From positions 69,216 to 133,215 of IMG/VR virus record IMGVR_UViG_3300045988_164457: DNA of 64,000 nucleotides, one strand, 5' to 3'. The notes beneath the pieces are model-generated. The model was not told the DNA's origin and did no database searches. It saw nothing but the letters and a program-made list of their open reading frames with translations. This DNA comes from a virus. The position numbers were made by a program, and so were the translations under genes. How positions within the stretch are numbered: the stretch's first letter is position 1; every line of letters begins with the position of its first letter. Positions 37,650-45,309 of this stretch are shown in pieces.

Positions 37650-37929
37650 AAAAGTCACCCACCTTATTCAGATGGGTGACTTCTTTTACGATAAAACAAC
37701 AAAGCGCATACAACTTTGCCACTCTAATCCTTGCTTTTGCAAGATAACCTAAACGGTTATATAGCCCGTGTTTTTTCACACCGATACTAAGTTGTCGTAT
37801 TCTATACAGTGAATATACTTTTCAATTACTTAGAAAATTATATATTCAAGGCTTAAATGCTCTTCTGTTTTAAAACAAATACGGTGCATCACTTGTCGTA
37901 TCATTTCAAATACAATTTGTATGCTTTAC
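37650..37929 (-). ncRNA. candidate ~280-nt non-coding transcript
   Basis: Bounded by the minus-strand promoter at 37936-37964 and the bidirectional terminator. No RBS-preceded ORF. Confidence 0.3.
37651..37687. terminator. bidirectional intrinsic terminator
   Basis: gtcaccca...tgggtgac flanked by an A-run and a T-run. Confidence 0.7.
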
Positions 37930-37935
37930 ATATAT

Positions 37936-37964
37936 ATAATACCATGAAAAATGGCATTTGTCAA
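37936..37964 (-). promoter_or_regulatory. orphan minus-strand promoter
   Basis: Reverse complement reads TTGACA-17-TATTAT preceded by TGG. Confidence 0.55.
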
Positions 37965-38103
37965 GTATTTTCTCATAAAAAATTTATTGTTTTATAAATC
38001 GGTGTACTATATAGTGTCATTTCTCAAACAACCAAAAATAAATGATTAAGCATTCTTCAAATCATCAAATAAGAATTTTGTTCTACTTTTTTCGACAATT
38101 CTC

Positions 38104-38132
38104 TTGACATTTCTTAAATCATTTTGTATAAT
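38104..38132 (+). promoter_or_regulatory. sigmaA-type promoter of the HD-GHKL gene
   Basis: TTGACA-17-TATAAT. Confidence 0.7.
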
Positions 38133-38258
38133 GTAAGCAAGTAATATATCTGATTTACCACATTGAATATTACATTTTGGTTCTACTAATTTAAACATAG
38201 TATGATAAGTATGTACAAAGTACAAATTAGTGACTATTATTTTACGGAGGAAAAAATT

Positions 38259-41200
38259 ATGGGACAATTTAATATGCAATTTACATTAGAGGAGCATTTT
38301 AAAAACTTAAGCGAATCCTATGAACAAGTTACTGATGTATACTGCCTTTGGAACTTATTAAAAAAAGACATTTCTGAAAAGCTTATAAATACATATCGTA
38401 ATTACCCTTATTTCAGTAAACATGATGCCTCACATTCAAAAACAATAATAACTAATATTGAACTTTTCTTAGGTAAGGAAAGGATACAAGCACTTTCAGC
38501 AACAGATACAATTATGTTGCTTATTTGTGCATATATGCACGATTACGGTATGGCATTAGATTTAGAAGAAATATTCAGCATTCTTAATGATTCAGAAGAT
38601 AAATTTAAAAATTTTTTAAAAGACAAAAAAAATGAAAATATTTACGCTAAACGAATATTAGACTATTATAACAAAGAAAAGTCCGATGGTAATTTAAAAG
38701 AATTATATTATTCAATATTAATTATGCTTCAAGATTTAAACAGACCATATCATTGGGTAGGTGTCGAAAAAATACGACATGATTACGAATGCTTGTTTGC
38801 AAAAAGAATTAAAGTGAGATTCGTCACAGCAATAATTGATATTTGTCAGATGCACGGTAAAAATGTGGAGGCAATTTCCACGTTAAGCCGTCGATCAAAT
38901 GGTATGTTTGCCGATGTTTTTCATCCTAGATTTATTGCTGCTATGATTCGTTTAGGTGATTTATTAGATTTAGACAATCATAGATTTAGTCAAGAATTTG
39001 AACGTGCTATGCAAAAAAACGATAATTTAATACCAGAGTTATCAAAAATTCATTATTTAAAGCATGAATCTATAACTAACTTTTTAATAACTCCAGAATA
39101 TATCGATATAGAAGCAATATGTAATGGAAATGATGCTTTAGCATTATCTGTCGCAAGAGAAATATATGATTGGTTACACTGGTTAGAAAATGACTGTATA
39201 TATTTAAAACAAGAATGGGATATGATTGCACAAAAAGATTTTGGAACTTCGCCTAAAATAAGAAATAAAAAAATTTTAGTAAACGGTATGGAATATCACC
39301 ATTTTGTATATAACTTAAGAATGGAACTTCCAAGTGATAGAATTTTTGAACTTCTTATCGGAAGTAATGTTTATGAGAATAAATATGTAGCATTTCGAGA
39401 AATTATTCAAAACGCCATTGATGCAACCTTATTGCAAATATGGGAAAATTTTTATAATAATTTACCACCTAATACTTTAAAAAGCTCATATTCATCAAAG
39501 TTAGCAGAGTATTGTTTATCATCAAATTTTGATAATGAATATAAAATACAAGTAAATGTAATTGAAAACATTAAAGAAAATGCTGTTTACGTTGAAGTAA
39601 TCGATAATGGAATTGGAATAGGTGATGAGGATTTACAATACATGTGTAGAATAGGAGAAAATAATATATGCAATCCTCAACGTCATAAATTCATAGACCA
39701 GATGCCAGATTGGTTTATTCCATCAGGCGTGTTTGGTATTGGATTACAAAGTGCCTTTCAATTAACAAATGAAATAGAATTTTTCACCAAAAAAGCTAAC
39801 AGAACTCCACGACATATACGCTTCTCTTCTTATTCTAGCAACCAAGGAAAAATTGAGGTTTCAAAATGCCCAAATTCATATTTAGAACAGTTTAATAAAT
39901 TATCGACACAAGGCACTTTAGTAAGATTAAAAATTAATCCTAAATTTTTTAGAAAGAACAAAGATTTTGATTATTTTGATTTAGCGTTTGAAAACGAAAA
40001 GCTTAACAGTCATGTCATATTTGTTGAAATCATTTATCAATTAAAAAAATATATAGAAACACAAAAAATTAATTATATGCCCATATTTTTTTCGAATTAT
40101 ATTATAGAAGATACAACTAATATTTCAAAGAAAGAAAAAATGAAACGTATAAGTAAAGATGAAAGCTTTTATTATGTTATGAATATGACTGAAACTGGTC
40201 AAAAAATAAAGTTGACCAAAAAGAATGATTTTATAATTTTAAATTATTGGAACAATGATAAAAATATTTTTTTAGAGGTGCAAATTCCTAAATGCAACAT
40301 TTTGAACCCCTCAGATGCAAAGAAAATTCTATTTTCATTACAATTTCTTGATAATGCTTTTTTAATTAAATACAAGCATAATATTATAAATAATTATGAG
40401 CAATTATTTGGATATCGTTCTAGTCAAACTGATACTCAAGTATATGATTTAAACAATAATATAATAAGATGTTTAGTTAATATTTTTGATAAGAACCCCG
40501 AAAATTATTTAAACATTGACAGAAATGTTTTAAAATATGGGAAAATAACTTATTCTGATATAGCAACTTGTGAGGAAGAAATGTTTTCCTTATTTTGCAG
40601 TAAGGTTTCCGAAAAAAAACTATTGGACGGTAAAAAGGCTTTTATTTCAAAAAATGATTATCTCCCGATTTTATCTATTTTATTTTTTCGATTTGCACGA
40701 AAGAAAGCTCTCAAATCATTTATTTTAAAATATGGCAAAGATTTACAAAATTATGAGATATCACTTAATAATGATGGTATATCTTATAATATACAATTAC
40801 AAAAAATTTTAGGTATAGAAAATAACAATTTTTTTGTTTATGATATTGTTGAAAGCAAATATGAATCTTTTTTTAATGTTGAAGATGTTAAAAATTTTGA
40901 GGAATCTCAAATAAAGCCAATTTATGTATCAGATCTATATAATTATTTCCCACGTCACTTTTTTATACCTGTTAAAATTACTATTCAAAAATACAATTCA
41001 AAATTATGTATAATTTATGAATGCCAAATAAGAATGAATACAAATCAAAATAATGAACAGTGTTTTATTGACATTGATGAAAATTATTGGAAACTAGATT
41101 GCATTAGTTTTAGCAATGCTAATAAAAGTTCCTCAAATAAAACTGTTTTAAAGCCAATATCTAAATATAAATGTTTAATTACAAAGTCATTTCCAAAACC

Positions 41201-41516
41201 ATTTTATAAAAGTACTATGTTTAGAAACGTGTTAGATCAAAACATTTCTACGTATATTATTTTCCCTTTAGAACAAAATTTAACACATCAATTATATAAA
41301 TGTAAAGAATGCAACTCAGAAAATGATTTAAAAACCATCTTAAAAGAAATAAACAATAGTATGGTCAAAGATCCTTACTTTAAAAAGTGTTTGAATTATG
41401 TTAGAAAGAATTCTTGTCAACCAAATACAACTGATGAACTTATTATAAATGATTACAAACAATTAATTCTTGATATCGGAAACGAATTTTTTTGTTTAAA
41501 TAACAAAAAGCAATAA
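38259..41516 (+). CDS. 1085-aa HD-domain plus GHKL (Hsp90/MORC/sacsin-like Bergerat) ATPase protein with ~500-aa uncharacterised C-terminal region
   Basis: HD: KHDASHSK, YMHDYGM, RLGDLLDLD. GHKL: N-box FREIIQNAIDA, G1 VIDNGIGIGDEDL, G2 SGVFGIGLQSAF. Start at the ATG 8 nt after GGAGG; the ORF track starts at 38202. Confidence 0.75.
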   Translation: MGQFNMQFTLEEHFKNLSESYEQVTDVYCLWNLLKKDISEKLINTYRNYPYFSKHDASHSKTIITNIELFLGKERIQALSATDTIMLLICAYMHDYGMALDLEEIFSILNDSEDKFKNFLKDKKNENIYAKRILDYYNKEKSDGNLKELYYSILIMLQDLNRPYHWVGVEKIRHDYECLFAKRIKVRFVTAIIDICQMHGKNVEAISTLSRRSNGMFADVFHPRFIAAMIRLGDLLDLDNHRFSQEFERAMQKNDNLIPELSKIHYLKHESITNFLITPEYIDIEAICNGNDALALSVAREIYDWLHWLENDCIYLKQEWDMIAQKDFGTSPKIRNKKILVNGMEYHHFVYNLRMELPSDRIFELLIGSNVYENKYVAFREIIQNAIDATLLQIWENFYNNLPPNTLKSSYSSKLAEYCLSSNFDNEYKIQVNVIENIKENAVYVEVIDNGIGIGDEDLQYMCRIGENNICNPQRHKFIDQMPDWFIPSGVFGIGLQSAFQLTNEIEFFTKKANRTPRHIRFSSYSSNQGKIEVSKCPNSYLEQFNKLSTQGTLVRLKINPKFFRKNKDFDYFDLAFENEKLNSHVIFVEIIYQLKKYIETQKINYMPIFFSNYIIEDTTNISKKEKMKRISKDESFYYVMNMTETGQKIKLTKKNDFIILNYWNNDKNIFLEVQIPKCNILNPSDAKKILFSLQFLDNAFLIKYKHNIINNYEQLFGYRSSQTDTQVYDLNNNIIRCLVNIFDKNPENYLNIDRNVLKYGKITYSDIATCEEEMFSLFCSKVSEKKLLDGKKAFISKNDYLPILSILFFRFARKKALKSFILKYGKDLQNYEISLNNDGISYNIQLQKILGIENNNFFVYDIVESKYESFFNVEDVKNFEESQIKPIYVSDLYNYFPRHFFIPVKITIQKYNSKLCIIYECQIRMNTNQNNEQCFIDIDENYWKLDCISFSNANKSSSNKTVLKPISKYKCLITKSFPKPFYKSTMFRNVLDQNISTYIIFPLEQNLTHQLYKCKECNSENDLKTILKEINNSMVKDPYFKKCLNYVRKNSCQPNTTDELIINDYKQLILDIGNEFFCLNNKKQ

Positions 41517-41771
41517 TTTTTATTTGAAGCCAAACCATATAAAAGATTAAAAATTACTATCAAATAATGAATATTCCGTTTATATGGTTTGGCTATTTTG
41601 ATTTCAAAAAAACAATGATTTTGCTTTAATTTAAGAAATAAGTATATTTAAATAGAACAGTTTGTCCATCGAATTTTTTAGCATTTTTATTCCATTTAGA
41701 CAACCCATATCTCATTAATTACCACTTATATATTTCTTTTAATCACTCAAACTATCTTTGGGTGATTATTT

Positions 41772-42311
41772 TTGTCTTATAATAATTATAAAAATGCGAG
41801 AGATGCTGCTTGGCGCTGTCTTATTGATTGTGGTATATCATTTCTTCCAACCAAGCTATCGGTAATATGTCATCATTACAATGTTGATATTATAAAAAAT
41901 TCCGACTTATCTGATCATGTAATGCGGTTATCTCAGGGTCAGAGAGGAAAGCTTATTTTTTCCAAAGGCAAGCATTATATCATTGTTGATGATTCTGAGA
42001 CGCATCAGGCGCAACGTTACACCATTGCTCATGAGCTGGGTCATTTGATTATTCCGACAAGTGATGAATATGAGGCTGAACGCTTTGCTATTGGCATTTT
42101 AGCGCCTGCTTGCGTTTTATGGGGCTGCAACATTCATTCCGCTGAAGACATTGCTATGATATGCAACATATCTCAGGCTTCTTCTATGATACGTGCTGAA
42201 CGCATGGAAACGCTCTATAAAAGAAACAAGTTTTTAACTTCTCCGTTGGAACGGCAAGTTTTTGACAAATTTTCCGAATTTATAAAGTCTATTTCTTCCG
42301 AAAAACATTAG
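41772..42311 (+). CDS. ImmA/IrrE-type (COG2856) zinc metallopeptidase
   Basis: HEXXH in YTIAHELGHLI plus downstream EAERFA. TTG start 7 nt after GGGTGA. No HTH domain fused. Confidence 0.7.
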   Translation: MSYNNYKNARDAAWRCLIDCGISFLPTKLSVICHHYNVDIIKNSDLSDHVMRLSQGQRGKLIFSKGKHYIIVDDSETHQAQRYTIAHELGHLIIPTSDEYEAERFAIGILAPACVLWGCNIHSAEDIAMICNISQASSMIRAERMETLYKRNKFLTSPLERQVFDKFSEFIKSISSEKH

Positions 42312-42468
42312 CCTTTTACTCATGATGACATTTTTATTGGTAAAAATCCAAAAAATTTCCGCTTAGATTTGGGTAATAAAAAAGGACGTCTGAAACAAAC
42401 ATCCTTTTAGCATCTTTTTTATATTCCTTTTTTGTGCAGAAAAATCTATAAAAATACAGACTTTTCTC

Positions 42469-42497
42469 TTGACAAATTTGCGTATATACTGTATAAT
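42469..42497 (+). promoter_or_regulatory. promoter of candidate antitoxin sRNA
   Basis: TTGACA-17-TATAAT. Confidence 0.7.
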
Positions 42498-42503
42498 AAT
42501 AAA

Positions 42504-42600
42504 TGTAGGGAACACATTGGATAGACGATAGTTCCCGACGAATTAATGATTTTAAGTGTTAATAATCCGCCTAACTGGTACTTAGGCGGATTACTTCTTT
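42504..42600 (+). ncRNA. candidate ~95-nt sRNA (type I antitoxin-like)
   Basis: Runs from a consensus promoter to an intrinsic terminator with no ORF. Internal hairpin gggaac...gttccc. Confidence 0.45.
42564..42592. terminator. bidirectional terminator shared by convergent transcripts
   Basis: aatccgcctaa-ctggtac-ttaggcggatt. Confidence 0.75.
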
Positions 42601-42680
42601 ATACGACTAAAGATAAAATCAACCAGTGTAATAACACAGCTGATAATATTTATAATAGTATCAATAGAAATAATTTCCAC
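42591..42680 (-). CDS. candidate 29-aa hydrophobic toxin peptide (VEIISIDTIINIISCVITLVDFIFSRIKK)
   Basis: Lies after a ~130-nt leader from the 42820-42848 promoter. Its stop abuts the terminator stem. Caveat: the GTG sits only 1 nt after GGAG. Confidence 0.35.
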   Translation of the reverse strand: MEIISIDTIINIISCVITLVDFIFSRIKK

Positions 42681-42819
42681 TCTCCTTTGCAGTTATTCCA
42701 CAAAGGTTTGTGAATTTCGACCTCCTTTCCAACCAATGTGGTGATGGTCGGGAGGTTTACCGCCTACTCTATACGTCCAAACTCTTCAAAACAACGCCAA
42801 TGTATTCCCTACTGCTTGT

Positions 42820-42848
42820 ATTATACCATGCTTTTCCAAATATGTCAA
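42820..42848 (-). promoter_or_regulatory. promoter of candidate toxin mRNA
   Basis: Reverse complement reads TTGACA-17-TATAAT preceded by TGG. Confidence 0.65.
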
Positions 42849-42874
42849 TATATTTATTGTTCCGACAAATAAAA

Positions 42875-42906
42875 ATAATCGTCACCTGATCAAAGATGAC
42901 GATTAT
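42875..42906. terminator. bidirectional terminator
   Basis: ataatcgtc...gacgattat flanked by an A-run and a T-run. Confidence 0.65.
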
Positions 42907-42929
42907 TTTTTATATTTTTTATATTGATA

Positions 42930-43943
42930 TTATTTTCCGAGGAACTCATTGACTGATTTTTCTATAAGTTCTCTTCTTGCCTTTATACTTGAAGGGCTGG
43001 TTGTATGCTCACGGACAAGCGATGCGTATGCTTCAGGCATATTTCCAAAGAACTTTTCCACCCACTTTGCAAACTGCTCGGGTGTATCGAATTTTTCCAG
43101 GTATGGCAGGTATCCGATGAAATGTGTGGGCTTGAACATCAGTTTGATCACGTCTGAATTTTCCTTCTCTATTGACATGTTCTTATATGTTTCAAACATA
43201 AAGTCGTATGATGTTTTAAGCTGTTCCCTTTCGTCTGTGTCGATGCTCAGTACCTTCATGACCTCGTTGACGTGGGCTGGGGTAAGATTTGGCGATTCCT
43301 CAAAGAGAGCTATCCACGATCTAATTATAATTTCCTGCTGTTTGAGTGCTTTTCTTTCCGTTGAGGTAAGCATTACGTTGAACAGCTCGTGGTTAGTAAG
43401 TTCCTTGATATCTTCCATTCCCTGCTTATAGGAACGTGCGATATCGAATTTGCTCATGGATTTTCCGTTATTAAGTCTGCGGAAAATAAGTGATTCCTGC
43501 TCGGGAGTTGCATTTTCCATGATAGAAATATTCAAAGTTGTATCTAATATCCAGCTTTGGAGTTTGGGAGGAAGCTGCTTGAAACGCTTGCCCTGAAGCT
43601 TGACGGGTTCTCCGTTAAGGTATATATCAGGCTCGTTTGTAAGTCCTGTAAGGGCAAAATCTCCGTCTATATAATGGATTATGGTTGTTCCTCTTTGCTT
43701 TCCGTCAAAGATTTTCAGGAGAGTATTTCCGTTGGGGAGTTCCCTTACACCTGCTATAAACGGGGACTGTGCATCGGTAATCTTCAGTAAGATCGAATGA
43801 ATATAGAGGGATTTTCGGGTATTGCTCCACACCTCTCCACGCTGCATATCGTCCGTGAAGTCAACCTCGGGAATATCCTCATAATACATATTATAAAGGG
43901 ATTTAATGCTGATACCTTTTTGGTACATCTTAAATTTATCCAT
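42930..43943 (-). CDS. DUF262 (ParB-fold) protein, stand-alone cassette
   Basis: DFTDDMQRGEVWS and IFDGKQRGTTII. Start at the ATG after AGGAGG; the ORF track starts at 43985. Confidence 0.65.
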   Translation of the reverse strand: MDKFKMYQKGISIKSLYNMYYEDIPEVDFTDDMQRGEVWSNTRKSLYIHSILLKITDAQSPFIAGVRELPNGNTLLKIFDGKQRGTTIIHYIDGDFALTGLTNEPDIYLNGEPVKLQGKRFKQLPPKLQSWILDTTLNISIMENATPEQESLIFRRLNNGKSMSKFDIARSYKQGMEDIKELTNHELFNVMLTSTERKALKQQEIIIRSWIALFEESPNLTPAHVNEVMKVLSIDTDEREQLKTSYDFMFETYKNMSIEKENSDVIKLMFKPTHFIGYLPYLEKFDTPEQFAKWVEKFFGNMPEAYASLVREHTTSPSSIKARRELIEKSVNEFLGK

Positions 43944-44004
43944 AAAAATCCTCCTGACAAAATTAAAAGTAATGATAATTCGCAATCATCATTTCGATGA
44001 TTTA

Positions 44005-44033
44005 ATAATATCATACTTTTTTATATTTGTCAA
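44005..44033 (-). promoter_or_regulatory. promoter of the DUF262 cassette
   Basis: Reverse complement reads TTGACA-17-TATTAT. Confidence 0.6.
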
Positions 44034-44086
44034 GAGGATAGCTTTATTTTATTATTTGCTCGCAAATTCATAGAACTTGCGTTTTA

Positions 44087-44530
44087 TTATATCTTAGTTA
44101 CTGAAATAATATTCTTTCCGTCCTTTCTTGAATATGTTGTTCTTGCAATAGTATTTATACTATATGCTCTTGCTTCTTTATCAGCTTGTTCAATAAGTTC
44201 TTTATAACGTTTTTCTCCAATTTCATCCTTAACAAGCTGTTTGAACCATTCATAGATATTCATATTCATTTCAATATTATATTGAGATTTTATATCTTTA
44301 AGCTCTTTCAACTGTTTAAGTTTTATATTTTTTGCTTCAATAGCACTTTTTTCCCACTCCTTATTTCTTTTGCATTCTGGAAGCTTTTTATTTTTTGAAA
44401 TTTGATTATTTATTTCTTCAATGTCATGTCCTAATTGTTTTATTTTCTGAGAATAATAGTTTCCGCTATAACTCCACTCGTGATGGCAATTTGGACACGA
44501 TATTTGATATACTCTATTTTCATTTGACAT
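44087..44530 (-). CDS. hypothetical protein (N-terminal CxxC/HH zinc-ribbon-like, then K/E-rich helix)
   Basis: Start at the ATG after AAGGTGG. CPNCHHEW near the N-terminus. Confidence 0.55.
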   Translation of the reverse strand: MSNENRVYQISCPNCHHEWSYSGNYYSQKIKQLGHDIEEINNQISKNKKLPECKRNKEWEKSAIEAKNIKLKQLKELKDIKSQYNIEMNMNIYEWFKQLVKDEIGEKRYKELIEQADKEARAYSINTIARTTYSRKDGKNIISVTKI

Positions 44531-44553
44531 AATAAAATCCACCTTTCATTAAA

Positions 44554-44790
44554 CTATTCCAGTTCCTCAATCATCTTCTTGACACGCTCAATTTCTTCCG
44601 ATGTATGAGGTGTTCCACCTACGTTCATATCAATATACCATTGTAAAACTTCCTTTTCGGTTTTCAGATCATTGACATTAAACCTTAATGTATGTCTCAT
44701 TCTTGGCTTATCTTCAAAGTCTTTATAATAACGTCCAAAGATAGGAATTTCATTATTAGCAAACCTCAGACAAGCTGTAATTCGCTGCAA
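44554..44790 (-). pseudogene. 5'-truncated DUF262/ParB-like gene remnant
   Basis: The reading frame opens just after a stop next to the 3x10-bp repeat and reads ...YVCVDGLQRITACLRF (the DGxQR core) with no ATG or RBS. The usual N-terminal half is missing. Confidence 0.4.
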
Positions 44791-44854
44791 TCCGTCAACG
44801 CAGACATATTCATTATATGCTCCCTCGGGAACGTGAACATTCCAATCAGGCTTA

Positions 44855-44884
44855 CTTCATACGGCTTCATACGGCTTCATACGG
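44855..44884. repeat. 3 x 10-bp perfect tandem repeat (cttcatacgg)
   Basis: Read directly from the sequence. Intergenic, immediately upstream of the truncated gene. Confidence 0.9.
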
Positions 44885-44963
44885 TATGTAAAAACCGTAA
44901 TCATTCCTTGTGGTGGTTATTCGGCAAACCACTTAATGGACTGTTTATAGCTGCCCGGACAGC

Positions 44964-45158
44964 TTAATTGATGTTTAACGTAATAATATCGTTATTATCA
45001 TAAACATTGTCCATAGAAGAAACTTCCTCATCCAGAAGTTCATCGGGTATTTCACTTCCAGATCCGTCAAATATAATTTCCTCCTTTTCGTTATCGTAAA
45101 TATTAAAATGCTGTGAGTCACCGTCAATAAGTAATTCCATAAAATCCTGTATAGTCAT
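44964..45158 (-). CDS. 64-aa highly acidic protein
   Basis: D/E-rich throughout (DELLDEEVSSMDNVYDNND). GGAGG RBS. Driven by the promoter fused to CRISPR-like unit B. Confidence 0.6.
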   Translation of the reverse strand: MTIQDFMELLIDGDSQHFNIYDNEKEEIIFDGSGSEIPDELLDEEVSSMDNVYDNNDIITLNIN

Positions 45159-45195
45159 AATATTTTCCTCCTGTTAAATGTACTTTTTTATATTT

Positions 45196-45224
45196 AATCT
45201 ATCATAATATCCGTGTGATTTCAA
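45196..45224 (-). promoter_or_regulatory. promoter whose -35 (TTGAAA) is the 3' end of CRISPR-like unit B
   Basis: Reverse complement reads TTGAAA-17-TAGATT. Confidence 0.5.
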
Positions 45225-45250
45225 CTCACACACCCCACACGAGGTGCGAC
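45218..45250 (-). CRISPR. solitary CRISPR-repeat-like unit B (type I-C-like architecture)
   Basis: Minus sense reads GTCGCACCTCGTGTGGGGTGTGTGAGTTGAAAT, beginning 12 nt after a -10 box. Confidence 0.7.
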
Positions 45251-45262
45251 CCGATTACCCCT

Positions 45263-45291
45263 ATTCTATCATAATATCCATGCGAAGTCAA
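45263..45291 (-). promoter_or_regulatory. promoter driving CRISPR-like unit B
   Basis: Reverse complement reads TTGACT-17-TAGAAT. Confidence 0.6.
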
Positions 45292-45309
45292 TCGATTTTT
45301 ATTGCTTTG

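Noticed and set aside
38046-38279. 77-aa minus-strand ORF
   Set aside because: It lies on top of the consensus plus-strand promoter, leader and start of the HD-GHKL gene, and has no RBS.
20204-45250. Possibility of a bona fide CRISPR array or mini-array
   Set aside because: I found only three isolated units 10-15 kb apart, with no second repeat at spacer distance next to any of them and no cas genes. They are reported as solitary repeats, not arrays.
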